Part shown: positions 18,510 to 27,843 of the stretch, piece by piece
Layout: each line of letters starts with the position of its first letter
How positions within the stretch are numbered: the first letter of the stretch is position 1
Origin: Parcubacteria group bacterium
GTDB taxonomy: Bacteria > Patescibacteriota > Minisyncoccia > Phycocordibacterales > Zambryskibacteraceae
DNA: 46,968 nt
Reading direction: 5' to 3'
Assembly: GCA_028286465.1 (NCBI GenBank)
Contig: JAQBRN010000017.1
Location: forward strand, 1 to 46,968
Program-made: the position numbers and the translations under genes
Notes under the pieces: model-generated
What the model was told of the DNA's origin: nothing
The model's input: only the letters and a program-made list of their open reading frames with translations
Database searches by the model: none

Positions 18510-19552
18510 GATTGGCTTTTGTTCTGTGTTTCCTTCAGGAGATCGGCATCGACCATGATCTTCACGAGTTCCTTGAAGGAGGTCTTCGACTTCCACTTAA
18601 GGACTCTTCTTGCCTTGCTCGGATCTCCGAGAAGGATATCGACCTCGGCCGGACGGAAGTAACGCGGATCGATCTCGATGATGGTCTTCTTGGTTTTCTT
18701 GTCGATGCCTTTTTCTTTGAGGCCCTTCCCCTTCCATATCAGGTCTATCCCGAGATGCTTGGCCGCGAGCTCGACGAATTCCCTGACCGAATGCGTTTCC
18801 CCCGTTGCCAGGATGAAATCGCCGGGCTTCTTCGCCTGGAGCATGCGCCACATGCCTTCCACATAATCCTTGGCATAGCCCCAGTCGCGCTTCGCGTCGA
18901 GATTGCCCAAGTAGAGCTTCTCGTCTGTGCCGAGCTTTATCCTGGCAAGGCCTCTCGTGATCTTCCTTGTAACGAAGGTCTCTCCCCTGCGCGGAGATTC
19001 GTGATTGAAGAGGATGCCGTTCGAAGCGAAGATGCCGTAGCTCTCGCGATAATTCCTCGTCATCCAATAGGCGTAGACCTTGGCTACGCCGTACGGCGAA
19101 CGCGGATAGAACGGCGTCGTCTCCTTGAGCGGAAGCTCGACGGCCTTGCCGAACATTTCGCTCGATGACGCCTGGTAGAATTTCGTCTTCAGCCCCGATT
19201 CCTTGATGGCATCGAGAAGGCGCACCGTTCCGAGTCCGGTGACATCGCCTGTGTATTCCGGAGTATCGAAGCTGACGCGGACATGGCTCTGCGCGCCCAA
19301 GTGATAGATCTCGTCGGGTCTGATCTTTTCTATGAGGCGGGAGATGTTCGAGGAATCGGAAAGATCGCCGTAATACATGATCAGGCGCTTGTTCTTCTCG
19401 TGCGGATCCTGGAACAAATGATCCACGCGCTGGGTATTGAAGCTCGAAGCCCTGCGGATGATGCCGTGCACCTCATAGCCCTTCTCCAAAAGAAATTCAG
19501 CCAGATACGACCCGTCCTGCCCGGTAATGCCTGTAATAAGGGCCTTTTTCAC
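18506..19552 (-). CDS. gmd: GDP-mannose 4,6-dehydratase
   Basis: [67 protein letters not shown] start at 19552. Confidence 0.97.
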   Translation of the reverse strand: MKKALITGITGQDGSYLAEFLLEKGYEVHGIIRRASSFNTQRVDHLFQDPHEKNKRLIMYYGDLSDSSNISRLIEKIRPDEIYHLGAQSHVRVSFDTPEYTGDVTGLGTVRLLDAIKESGLKTKFYQASSSEMFGKAVELPLKETTPFYPRSPYGVAKVYAYWMTRNYRESYGIFASNGILFNHESPRRGETFVTRKITRGLARIKLGTDEKLYLGNLDAKRDWGYAKDYVEGMWRMLQAKKPGDFILATGETHSVREFVELAAKHLGIDLIWKGKGLKEKGIDKKTKKTIIEIDPRYFRPAEVDILLGDPSKARRVLKWKSKTSFKELVKIMVDADLLKETQNKSQS

Positions 19553-19640
19553 GTATGGCCATACTATCCTTTTTAGCCTGATTTCGCCACTTGGCACGCA
19601 ATATATTGCCGCGCCGTACAAGGGATGTGGGATATCTTAT

Positions 19641-19671
19641 AAAAAAGCCGCAAAGGATAACCCATGCGGCT
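19641..19671 (-). terminator. Intrinsic terminator of the 138-aa ORFan
   Basis: Minus strand AGCCGCA...TGCGGCT followed by TTTTT. Confidence 0.7.
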
Positions 19672-19684
19672 TGTTGAAGCGTTT

Positions 19685-20101
19685 TCAGTCGAAAGCTCTG
19701 CCAAAACGTTCGACCACAGGCAGCTCGCTCGTGAGCACGATCCTGATGTTCACTCTGAAGTCCGAGGCGAGATCATCAGCCAATTTCTTGGCCATGTCCG
19801 CATACTTTCGCCCGTGGAGCACGAACACCCAACTCTCTTCGGTGGCCTGACGAGACTGGTTACTAAACCAGATAACGCCGAGAAACTGCCGGGGAGGCGG
19901 TGTCGTCATGAGGCCGAAAAAATACTTCTCCGGCTTCACATCGGGATCCTTATACAAGATGCCGATGCCGGTTTCTTCGGTGTCCGCATAGACGACCCCG
20001 CCGGACAGAGAAGCCAGCGTCCATCCTTTGCGGCGGAGGAATCCGCCGACCCTGATGGACAAAGCCTCCTCGTAGCTAATGGAATCCACAGCGTCATTCA
20101 T
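19685..20101 (-). CDS. Hypothetical protein (138 aa), self-contained unit
   Basis: Protein-like composition, AGGAG SD 6 nt before ATG, own promoter and terminator. Confidence 0.75.
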   Translation of the reverse strand: MNDAVDSISYEEALSIRVGGFLRRKGWTLASLSGGVVYADTEETGIGILYKDPDVKPEKYFFGLMTTPPPRQFLGVIWFSNQSRQATEESWVFVLHGRKYADMAKKLADDLASDFRVNIRIVLTSELPVVERFGRAFD

Positions 20102-20147
20102 GGGTCGCTCCTGGAAATTGGTTTGCTACGTACGAGCGTCTTTCTTC

Positions 20148-20176
20148 ATCATATAGCATAAATCACGATTCGTCAA
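20148..20176 (-). promoter_or_regulatory. sigma70 promoter for 19685..20101
   Basis: TTGACG-17 nt-TATGAT, directly after the rSAM terminator. Confidence 0.7.
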
Positions 20177-20183
20177 TAGGTAC

Positions 20184-20209
20184 AAAAAGCCCGAGATTTC
20201 TCTCGGGCT
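20184..20209 (-). terminator. Intrinsic terminator of the radical SAM gene
   Basis: AGCCCGAGA-GAAA-TCTCGGGCT followed by TTTT on the minus strand. Confidence 0.85.
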
Positions 20210-20214
20210 GCAAA

Positions 20215-22176
20215 CTACAGCGGCGTGACTTCGATATTCTTATGGTGGAACGACCCACCCTTCCGGCCGTACCAGACGACTTCCCGGGCATAGGCCTTCT
20301 GATCGCCGTGATATGAGTTCCCTTCGATCACGAGCCGCACCGGCTTCTGTTCGAGAGCCGATGACTCCCCGAGCGTCTTGAAGTAGTTCGGGAAATCATA
20401 CGCAAGCTCGATCGAGATCGGCACCAAAACGGGATCGATCATGATCGCCGCCTGGTAGCTTACGAGGTCTCTCAGTAAGTCAGGATCGACGCTGAGGCCC
20501 TTCTCTTCGACGAGCGACCTGAGGAATGTTTCGATCTCGTCGTAGAAGCCCCATTTCTCGACGATGAAGTTGAGAAAGCTCGCCTCTTCGAGCGGCCAAT
20601 AGATCTCTCCGAACTCGGGCATCACGCGATCGAGCCTGCCCCCTTCCATAGCCCGCCGGACAGCGCGCTTCGTCACAGCAATTTCTCCCGTGATGGGAGA
20701 CGAATCGCTACGATCGGCGAAGTACTCGAGCAGCCGTTCATAGAAATCGCTATATGCGATCCCGTACTCCTTGTGGAAGAAGATGGCGATCTGCTGGGTG
20801 AGGCCGAGGCAGTGGAAGCCCTGGATGGCCCAGTAGAACATGAAGGTGCGGACCCAGTCCTCCCGAGGCATCGCCGCCGTGCCGATGATGATGTCCGTGT
20901 ATTCGGACAGCGACTCGGGCTCTGGCGTGGAGTGCGCGAGGAGTACTGGCATTCGCACCGCCTCGATCCCGTGTTCTTTGACATACGCGGGAAAGCTCAT
21001 GTGCGAATTGGGAAGCATGGTGCAAACGTAGACGTACAAGTTCACGGAGTCGGCCTGCTCGTCGAAGAGCGTGTCGATGCCCCGCTTGGTGCTTTCGTAC
21101 GTTTCCCCAGGCATGCCCATGATGAGCTCGGTATAGGTCGCGATACCCACTTCCTTGTACCGGTCCATCAGCTCCGAGAACTTCTCGATCTTGATGTTCG
21201 AGCGCTCGACGATCTCGAGCGTGTGCGCATCCATGCTCTGGAACGACAGCGTCGCTCCCTTGTTCATGTCTGCCGCATCGAGAAGCGTGACGATCTCGAA
21301 GATCCTGTCGTTCGAGTTCTTGGCGGTGCACATGCGGAACTTCTTCGGGAAGCCTTGGTGCCTTTCACGGACTTCGATCATCTTCTTCGTCAGCTCGACA
21401 TCCCGCGGGAAGATCCCGTAGTTTGCGTCGCAGTTGAAGATGTACTCGATCCGGTGCTCTCCGAACCACTCGAACTCGGCAGCCAGGCGCTCTTCGGACA
21501 TCTTGTAGACCTTGGAGTAGTTGGAGCCGCCCCAATCGCAGAACGTGCATGTGTACGGACAACCGCGATTCGTTTCCTGGCTGACGTTCAGCGTATAATC
21601 GCCGCCAAGCATGAAATCGAATACTCCCGAGAGATACGGCGAAGGAAGACGCTTGAGGTCTTCCTCGTTCATTCTCCCGCGGGACAGGGTCTTTTCGGTC
21701 GCGTTCCCACGGACCCTGACGGAGAGGCCCTCGATCTTCGTATAGTCCGGTTTCTCCGACAAGGACTCGATGAGGATCTCCGCGAAAGCGAATTCCCCTT
21801 CCTTGTGGACGAGAATGTCCACGTACGGATGCTCGAGGAAGAATCCTTCCGACCGATCCGGTACGTGCTCGCCACCGAAAACGACGAGTGCCTTCGGGAA
21901 TCTGGAGCGCACGGCCTGTGCAAGCGCCTTGTTGTACTCCCAATTCCACAGATAGCACGACAGTCCGAAGACGGCCGGTTCTTCCATCTCGCCGACGACC
22001 GTTTCCGGATCATCGCGGCGAAACAAGGGATTCTGAAACTCGAAATTCTCCTTGATCTCGGGAACCGACAGTGCATATGCCTGCAGCGATCCGACCGAGT
22101 ACGGCACGAAAACGTTCGTCCCGTACTGGAAATTCACCTGCGCAAGCTGGACGCTACGTCTGTCTCTTGGAGCCAT
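20215..22176 (-). CDS. Cobalamin (B12)-binding radical SAM protein
   Basis: N-terminal B12-binding domain (FGLSCYLWN, VVFGGEHV, KEGE), ETNRGCPYTCTFCDWG (CxxxCxxC), DANYG, ELIMGMPGET. Confidence 0.88.
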   Translation of the reverse strand: MAPRDRRSVQLAQVNFQYGTNVFVPYSVGSLQAYALSVPEIKENFEFQNPLFRRDDPETVVGEMEEPAVFGLSCYLWNWEYNKALAQAVRSRFPKALVVFGGEHVPDRSEGFFLEHPYVDILVHKEGEFAFAEILIESLSEKPDYTKIEGLSVRVRGNATEKTLSRGRMNEEDLKRLPSPYLSGVFDFMLGGDYTLNVSQETNRGCPYTCTFCDWGGSNYSKVYKMSEERLAAEFEWFGEHRIEYIFNCDANYGIFPRDVELTKKMIEVRERHQGFPKKFRMCTAKNSNDRIFEIVTLLDAADMNKGATLSFQSMDAHTLEIVERSNIKIEKFSELMDRYKEVGIATYTELIMGMPGETYESTKRGIDTLFDEQADSVNLYVYVCTMLPNSHMSFPAYVKEHGIEAVRMPVLLAHSTPEPESLSEYTDIIIGTAAMPREDWVRTFMFYWAIQGFHCLGLTQQIAIFFHKEYGIAYSDFYERLLEYFADRSDSSPITGEIAVTKRAVRRAMEGGRLDRVMPEFGEIYWPLEEASFLNFIVEKWGFYDEIETFLRSLVEEKGLSVDPDLLRDLVSYQAAIMIDPVLVPISIELAYDFPNYFKTLGESSALEQKPVRLVIEGNSYHGDQKAYAREVVWYGRKGGSFHHKNIEVTPL

Positions 22177-22220
22177 GCTTCACCTCGTGTGTGTAGTTTG
22201 AAATGAGCGAATCTGCCCCA

Positions 22221-22249
22221 GTTATACTTAAATTTCAGGCCCAGGTCAA
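22221..22249 (-). promoter_or_regulatory. Promoter of the radical SAM gene, resembling the rrn promoter
   Basis: TTGACC-17 nt-TATAAC. GAGGTG SD at 22181-22186. Confidence 0.55.
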
Positions 22250-22276
22250 TGACGCCGGCGGCGGGAGGAGTCGAAT

Positions 22277-23098
22277 TTATCTCAATGCTTGCTCTTGATT
22301 CTCCGGTCCGATGAACGCGTTGTAGTCCGGATGCTTGAAGTGGTGGAACGCCCGCATTCTGTAGTACTTTTCGTTCGGGATCCTCCGCGCGAAGATGAAA
22401 TGGAGCATGTCGATCTTCTTGTGGTCATTCGTATCGTTGAACTCGTTGATGGCAGCCCTCTGTCCGGTGAAGTCGCCGACGAGGCACTCCTCCGTGCCCA
22501 TGACATCGTCGAAATAGATAAAGACCCTCGGCAATATATGCTTGTCTTCGATATCGAATATCTTGAAAGCATCCCTCGTCGAAGAATAATAATCGAGGTC
22601 GAACATCACCGCCGCGATCGGCGCGGGGTCATGCTCCTTGGCAAACGTGGGGATCGTATCCTTCACATCGCCTAAGACGAGTTTCGCTTTCGACAATCGT
22701 CCTTTCAGCGCGGAAACATCCATTTTGAAAAAGCCCGCCTTCCAGAAATAGAGCGCATCCCTGTAATCGGTGCTCCGCGGCAAGCCTTCAGAGAGATCGA
22801 ATCCGTAGACGTCGATGGTCATGCCGAGCTCCTTTTCTATATCTCTTGCTATCTTCTCGAGTGCCACGAGCCCGTTCCCTCCGGCCACGCCGAACTCGAT
22901 AGTACTTATCCTGGTGTGCCCGAGCCTCTTTGCGAGTTTCGCGCCCTGATACAAAGGGTACGCATAATGCGCGTACGGCATGGCTCCGAGATTCACCCGT
23001 TGCTCGAAGGAGCCGAGCTTGTATCTGGCGATATTTCGCAGGGCAAAATTCTTGAATGGAGCCGGCTCGAGAAATAGTTTGGAAAGTTTCTTCATCAT
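22277..23098 (-). CDS. TylF/MycF/NovP-related O-methyltransferase
   Basis: IEFGVAGG, YGFD, FDLDYYSST, IYFDD. Confidence 0.7.
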   Translation of the reverse strand: MMKKLSKLFLEPAPFKNFALRNIARYKLGSFEQRVNLGAMPYAHYAYPLYQGAKLAKRLGHTRISTIEFGVAGGNGLVALEKIARDIEKELGMTIDVYGFDLSEGLPRSTDYRDALYFWKAGFFKMDVSALKGRLSKAKLVLGDVKDTIPTFAKEHDPAPIAAVMFDLDYYSSTRDAFKIFDIEDKHILPRVFIYFDDVMGTEECLVGDFTGQRAAINEFNDTNDHKKIDMLHFIFARRIPNEKYYRMRAFHHFKHPDYNAFIGPENQEQALR

Positions 23099-23102
23099 GT
23101 CA

Positions 23103-23873
23103 TTAAATGAGGCGCCTGAGCACCCTGCCGATGAGAGGCAGGTTTTTCAACCTCCTTCGTATATAGGCATCGCGCGTTTCGATCGGGCGGGTCCGGCTAT
23201 CGATAACAATACCGTGTTTCTTGCAAAACATCACGGCATCGTAGCGCCAGACGCCCTTTTTTATCGCAGTTGAAGGCACGTACGCGATGGCCGGCTGGCC
23301 CGTGTCGACGCTCCAGAATCTGTACTTCGGATCGCGAGCCCGTTCCGATCCCAGAAGCTCCATCTGCCAAATGGTCTCATCGTCATGCAAAAGCTCGAGG
23401 AATGCGTCCTTTTTCCAAATGGCGGTCATGAGCGAGAGCCTGTACGGAGCATCCAGAGCGATCTCTCCGACTCGCATTTCCTTGTCGAAATTCGTATCAG
23501 GGCCGGGAGTCGGATAGAGCCTCAAATAATCGATATGCTTCTCTCGTACGTATTCGACAAGTTTCTTCACCCGTTCGGTATCGACCTTCTCGACCATAAG
23601 AAAGTCTTCCATGAACATCATGAAGTATGGCGCACCGATCTTTTCGACGGCGTACCTCGTATTTCTCGGCCAGCCCATGTCGTTTTCGATAATGATATTC
23701 TTCACCAGGGGATGCGAATATCCGATCTTGTCCGACACAAGATAGATATCATACGGACAGTCGGGCCAGTATTCGAAGAAGAGCCTGAAGAACGGATCCC
23801 ACACATCCTGATATGCGGCGCATGAAGAAACGATCACCGCGCACTCGTTATGTATTGCGTTAGTTTCTTGCAT
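23103..23873 (-). CDS. Putative glycosyltransferase (GT-A-like hypothetical of glycan loci)
   Basis: SSCAAYQDVWDPFF, MMFMEDF, AIWKK...IWQME pattern. Embedded in the glycan operon. Confidence 0.5.
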   Translation of the reverse strand: MQETNAIHNECAVIVSSCAAYQDVWDPFFRLFFEYWPDCPYDIYLVSDKIGYSHPLVKNIIIENDMGWPRNTRYAVEKIGAPYFMMFMEDFLMVEKVDTERVKKLVEYVREKHIDYLRLYPTPGPDTNFDKEMRVGEIALDAPYRLSLMTAIWKKDAFLELLHDDETIWQMELLGSERARDPKYRFWSVDTGQPAIAYVPSTAIKKGVWRYDAVMFCKKHGIVIDSRTRPIETRDAYIRRRLKNLPLIGRVLRRLI

Positions 23874-23876
23874 GGT

Positions 23877-24842
23877 CTAGGCAGAGGCCCTTAGTATCTC
23901 TTCGACTCGTGCCTTGGTCGAGTGATCTCCGACGATCCTTTCATACTCGGGTTTGAGATCGAGATCAGCGTATCCGCTTCTGAGGAATGCTCCCATCTTT
24001 TTAAGCTCCGCGTCGAAATCGAAGAGATTCTGGAACTCGATGATCCTTTCGTATTTCAAGCGCTTTGAATCCCGAGGATAGATATCGATCGTTTCCGTAA
24101 GCATAAGGCAGTTATTCCCCAAGATTTCCCAGAAGCGCATGGTATCGAATCCTCCCCCGCCGACCGAGACGCCGACCTTGGCCCTGGCAAGGAGCTTGTA
24201 GAATTCCTCGGGAGTTTTCGTCCGCTCGGTCGCACAAGTGAATCCATTATCCTTGCAATATGTTTCCAAAGCCTCGCGTACGAACCTGCGCAAGAGCGGA
24301 TACTCGTCCTGGCCGAAAATGCAGACGAAATCGATATCCTTCGGCGTTCCCTCCTTATAGCTCTGCATGTACCTGCTTTCGATGCCGAACGGGAGTGCGA
24401 TGATGCCGTCCGAATACGGCTTTTCCCTTCTGAAATAGCGGTGGCACTTACTCAAAAGCTCCCGATCCACGGTACCCTGCCCGTCGTACGTTCCGTCGAT
24501 GATCCCTTTCTGGATAGTGAAGTCGTAACGGCGATTCTTTCCCACCTCCGAACCGTCGACGCATACGGTCTTACCGAAGCGGTCGATCTCTTCGGCAAGC
24601 GTCGTATCGTATCCGTACTTGTCATTCCCGATAAGGAAGATCCGATCCGCGCTTCGTGCGAATGCTATGAAATCTCCGCGCGAGAGGACAGCGTCTTCGA
24701 GCGGCAGATCGTAGAGGAACTTCGACGAGAGACGGAAATCCACGCTTCCTTCTTTCGCCATGGCGCATAACCCATCGATAATGGTGCGCGCCATCCCGTC
24801 GGGCTTTTCGAAGTTGATGACGGCGATTTTCATCATCTGCAT
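23877..24842 (-). CDS. Glycosyltransferase-like protein (GT-B C-terminal/CgeB-like)
   Basis: KDIDFVCIFG, LARAKVGVSVGGGGFDTMRFWEILG, HSTKARV. Start MQMMKI (24842) overlaps the upstream stop as TAATG. Confidence 0.6.
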   Translation of the reverse strand: MQMMKIAVINFEKPDGMARTIIDGLCAMAKEGSVDFRLSSKFLYDLPLEDAVLSRGDFIAFARSADRIFLIGNDKYGYDTTLAEEIDRFGKTVCVDGSEVGKNRRYDFTIQKGIIDGTYDGQGTVDRELLSKCHRYFRREKPYSDGIIALPFGIESRYMQSYKEGTPKDIDFVCIFGQDEYPLLRRFVREALETYCKDNGFTCATERTKTPEEFYKLLARAKVGVSVGGGGFDTMRFWEILGNNCLMLTETIDIYPRDSKRLKYERIIEFQNLFDFDAELKKMGAFLRSGYADLDLKPEYERIVGDHSTKARVEEILRASA

Positions 24843-25492
24843 TATGAGATCTTCTTTACTCTGACGATGGCCTGGTATGCAAAGAGATTCGGGAAGATAT
24901 TCCCGAGCCATACGGGAACCTTCGGGTGTATAAGGTTGTCCGTCGCGTCGATCATGAATCCTTCTTCCTTGAGCAGTTTCCGAAGAGACGCGACGGTGAA
25001 AAAGTGGATATGCCCCCGTTCGAAGTAGGTGAAGTCCTTGTATTCGAACTTTCCGAACAGCATCCGCACCCTGTTCGAGAAGACAAGGAGATTCGGTGTC
25101 GTGATGATAAGAACGCCGTCCTTTTTCATGATCCGCTTCAATTCTTCCAGGGCCTTCTCGGGGAAGAGCAGATGCTCGATCACCTCGGAGAAAATAATGG
25201 CGTCAAAGTGATCGTTCGGAAAATTCGTTTTTTCGGATTGTATGTCGACGACGAATGCCCCGTCGATCTTCGTCTTTGCTTCCGCGACCGATTTCTCGGA
25301 TATGTCGATGCCGATGAATTCGCAGTCGCCTTTCTTCTTCACTTCTTCTCCGAAGTATCCTCCCGCACAGCCGACGTCGAGGATCCGCTTCCCCGATACA
25401 TCGCCGAGAAGCGCGAAAATCTTCGCCTTTCTCGACGAGCTCATACCGTACGTATACTCCATCGTATTGTAGTACGTGCCGAAAGCGTCCAT
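24842..25492 (-). CDS. Class I SAM-dependent methyltransferase
   Basis: ILDVGCAGG, GIDIS, FSEVIEHL, ITTPN, HIHFFT. Confidence 0.88.
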   Translation of the reverse strand: MDAFGTYYNTMEYTYGMSSSRKAKIFALLGDVSGKRILDVGCAGGYFGEEVKKKGDCEFIGIDISEKSVAEAKTKIDGAFVVDIQSEKTNFPNDHFDAIIFSEVIEHLLFPEKALEELKRIMKKDGVLIITTPNLLVFSNRVRMLFGKFEYKDFTYFERGHIHFFTVASLRKLLKEEGFMIDATDNLIHPKVPVWLGNIFPNLFAYQAIVRVKKIS

Positions 25493-25496
25493 ACGT

Positions 25497-26402
25497 TTAT
25501 ATATCCGATCCGGATTCCATATAGCGCTTCAATTCAAGAAGGGCGTCTTCCATCTTCCCCGGAGCGGCGGTACCGAAGCTTGCATACTCTGTCCCGAGCG
25601 ATCTGTCGACAGGCTGTCCGATGTTGTCGACCGCGTTGATCTCGAGTCCCTTGTCGAACACTTTATTAAAAATAGCGAGAAGCTCGAATTTGTTCACCGT
25701 CTCATTGATGACGAGATGATGGATATTCGACACGGCCACAAGCGCATCGAAGTTCTCATCCCCCTTCTCGATAAGTTCTTCGCACACGTTCGCGAATTGA
25801 AGCGTCGTCACGCCGTTCCAAAGATGATGAGTGAAGCCCGTCACCTTGTCTTCTTTCGTCTGCGAAAGGAACCATTCGAGAAGGCTCACCTTCGCCTTCG
25901 GTTCCGGACCGATGATCGATGTCCTGATATTCAAAAAGCGAGGCAGCTTCACCTCGCCGAGGCTCTTGGTCTTGCCGTAGACATCGAGCGGATCATGGGG
26001 AGACTGCTCCATATACGAGCCGAGCGTTCCGCTGTAGACGCAGTCGGTGGCGATCTGGATCACCCGAGCCTCTATGTCTTCTGCAGCAGAGGCCAGAAGG
26101 TGCGGAAATAATGCATTCACTCGTATCGCCCGCAGCACACCGGCCTGATCGTTGTCCTTGCAATAGGGCTTGAGAATACCGATGCAGTTCACGATGTACT
26201 CGGGCCTGAAATCATTGAAGACCGTCTCGGCAATATCGTCCTTCTCCGCGTCGAAGGCACATGTCTTCTCCTGCCAGCTCGAAGGAACTTCTTTCGGATT
26301 TCTGGCCGTACCGCGCACGTCGAATGCAGGATTCTTCGAAAGAATGTCGAATACCATAGAGCCGAGCATTCCTGTGACGCCTAATACGAGTATCTTTCTC
26401 AT
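25497..26402 (-). CDS. RmlD-like NDP-4-keto-sugar reductase (SDR)
   Basis: LGVTGMLG, VNCIG, NALFPH, IATDCVYSG, YGKTKSLGE, IRTSIIG. Confidence 0.85.
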   Translation of the reverse strand: MRKILVLGVTGMLGSMVFDILSKNPAFDVRGTARNPKEVPSSWQEKTCAFDAEKDDIAETVFNDFRPEYIVNCIGILKPYCKDNDQAGVLRAIRVNALFPHLLASAAEDIEARVIQIATDCVYSGTLGSYMEQSPHDPLDVYGKTKSLGEVKLPRFLNIRTSIIGPEPKAKVSLLEWFLSQTKEDKVTGFTHHLWNGVTTLQFANVCEELIEKGDENFDALVAVSNIHHLVINETVNKFELLAIFNKVFDKGLEINAVDNIGQPVDRSLGTEYASFGTAAPGKMEDALLELKRYMESGSDI

Positions 26403-26403
26403 G

Positions 26404-26862
26404 TTATCTGTCTATGACTTCCCACACCTCAGAGCCCCAGTAGTCTGCCGGAAAGCGATAATCGTCTCCCTTGGACTCTTCCGTCGTCGATGTCGAGAAG
26501 AAAAATATCTTACCATGCGGCGTCAGGAACCGAAAACCGTTGGCGAAGCCCGCCGGAATATAAAGAATGCAGGGCTTCTTGCTTGAAAGGACGAATCTCT
26601 GGACGGCGTTTCCCTTATTCGGCTCCTTCGTATCGTCCATCGCGACCGCCGCGACGATGGCCGTACCCGATGCGACGAATGCGTATTTCGATTCCTTGAG
26701 ATGGCCGTGGAATGCCCTGATCGTCTCTGTCGAGAAATTTTCCACCGCATAGAATCTTTTCACTCCCTTGAAGTCGAATGGATTGGCGAACATCAGGCTC
26801 CCGCGATCGTCGACCGCGATACCTCCGTCGATGATCGTCGGCATTTCTCCGGTTGGTTCCAT
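26404..26862 (-). CDS. Cupin-fold NDP-sugar epimerase/isomerase (RmlC/FdtA-like)
   Basis: DDRGSL, VKRFY, IRAFHGH, LYIPAGFANGF, DDYRF. Confidence 0.8.
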   Translation of the reverse strand: MEPTGEMPTIIDGGIAVDDRGSLMFANPFDFKGVKRFYAVENFSTETIRAFHGHLKESKYAFVASGTAIVAAVAMDDTKEPNKGNAVQRFVLSSKKPCILYIPAGFANGFRFLTPHGKIFFFSTSTTEESKGDDYRFPADYWGSEVWEVIDR

Positions 26863-26865
26863 ATA

Positions 26866-27843
26866 TTACTTTTTTAATACGTCTTTTAAGAAAACCTGAT
26901 TCGAATATCTCGGATTATTGAAGTCCTTGATCCGCCTGCTTTTAAGCAGCGTTCCGATCTCGACGATGCCGTCATCGATCGTGTGCGAAGGGGCGAAATT
27001 AAGGGCCTTTTTCGCCTTTTCGGCAGACACCTGGTAGTTCCGAGTATCCTCGAACGGCATCTTCGTGATCTCGAGTTTCGCCTTCGGGTAGAACTTCTTC
27101 ACCCGGCGGGCAAGATCGAGGATTTTCATGTTGGTCTGGCAGAGGTTGTAGATCTCGGCCTTGGGAGTTTCCTTCGCCTCGAGAGCGTCGACCATGGCCT
27201 GTGCAGCGTCCTTCACATGAAGGAGCGGACGGAATTGCGCCCCGCCGAAAATACTCAAGCCGCCGCCGAGCGCCGCGCGGGCGGTCAGGAGATTCGCCAC
27301 CAGGTCCATGCGCACTCTCGAGAAAGCGTCCGACGTGCCGAAGAGGGTGCCGAGACGGAAGATGACGGCGTCGCTATTTTTCAGAAGCTTTTCCGACTCG
27401 TGCTTCGTATAGGCATACAAGGAAAGCGGCTTGACGAGAGAGGTTTCAGTGAGATTCACATCGTCCTGCGCGCCGTAGACGGAGCACGTCGACGTGTAGA
27501 TGATGCGCCCCTTGAAGTTCTTCACGAGCCAGCCGACGCTGTCCTGATTGACCTTCTTCGTGAGCACTTCGTCCCACTTGCAGGCGCCGTCGCCGACGAT
27601 GGCCGCGAGCCAGATCACCGCGTCCGCCCAATCGAGCTGCTTTTTCAAGCTCTTCGTGTCTAAGATGTCACCGAAGACGAAATCGACCGGCTTCAGGTAG
27701 GACTCTTCGTAGGTGAGGTTGTCATAGACGCGCGTGGTGTAGCGATCTTCGAGCTTCATCAGGATGTCGGTCACGGCGCCGCCTACGTATCCCGCGCCGC
27801 CTACGACTAATATGTTTTTCTTCTTCAGGGCTTTGGATGTCAT
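26866..27843 (-). CDS. NAD-dependent epimerase/dehydratase (extended SDR)
   Basis: VVGGAGYVG, LAAIVGD, STCSVYG, YAYTK, RLGTLFG, RMDLVAN. Confidence 0.85.
   Translation of the reverse strand: MTSKALKKKNILVVGGAGYVGGAVTDILMKLEDRYTTRVYDNLTYEESYLKPVDFVFGDILDTKSLKKQLDWADAVIWLAAIVGDGACKWDEVLTKKVNQDSVGWLVKNFKGRIIYTSTCSVYGAQDDVNLTETSLVKPLSLYAYTKHESEKLLKNSDAVIFRLGTLFGTSDAFSRVRMDLVANLLTARAALGGGLSIFGGAQFRPLLHVKDAAQAMVDALEAKETPKAEIYNLCQTNMKILDLARRVKKFYPKAKLEITKMPFEDTRNYQVSAEKAKKALNFAPSHTIDDGIVEIGTLLKSRRIKDFNNPRYSNQVFLKDVLKK

Noticed and set aside
19664-20161. 165-aa plus-strand ORF opposite the 138-aa ORFan
   Set aside because: Promoter, SD and terminator polarity all support the minus-strand ORF.
17430-22206. 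Long plus-strand ORFs (410, 218 and 477 aa) opposite colD, gmd and the rSAM gene; likewise 36013..37059, 9394..10323 and those opposite gatB/obgE
   Set aside because: Same antisense-shadow artefact; the minus-strand frames carry all the family motifs.
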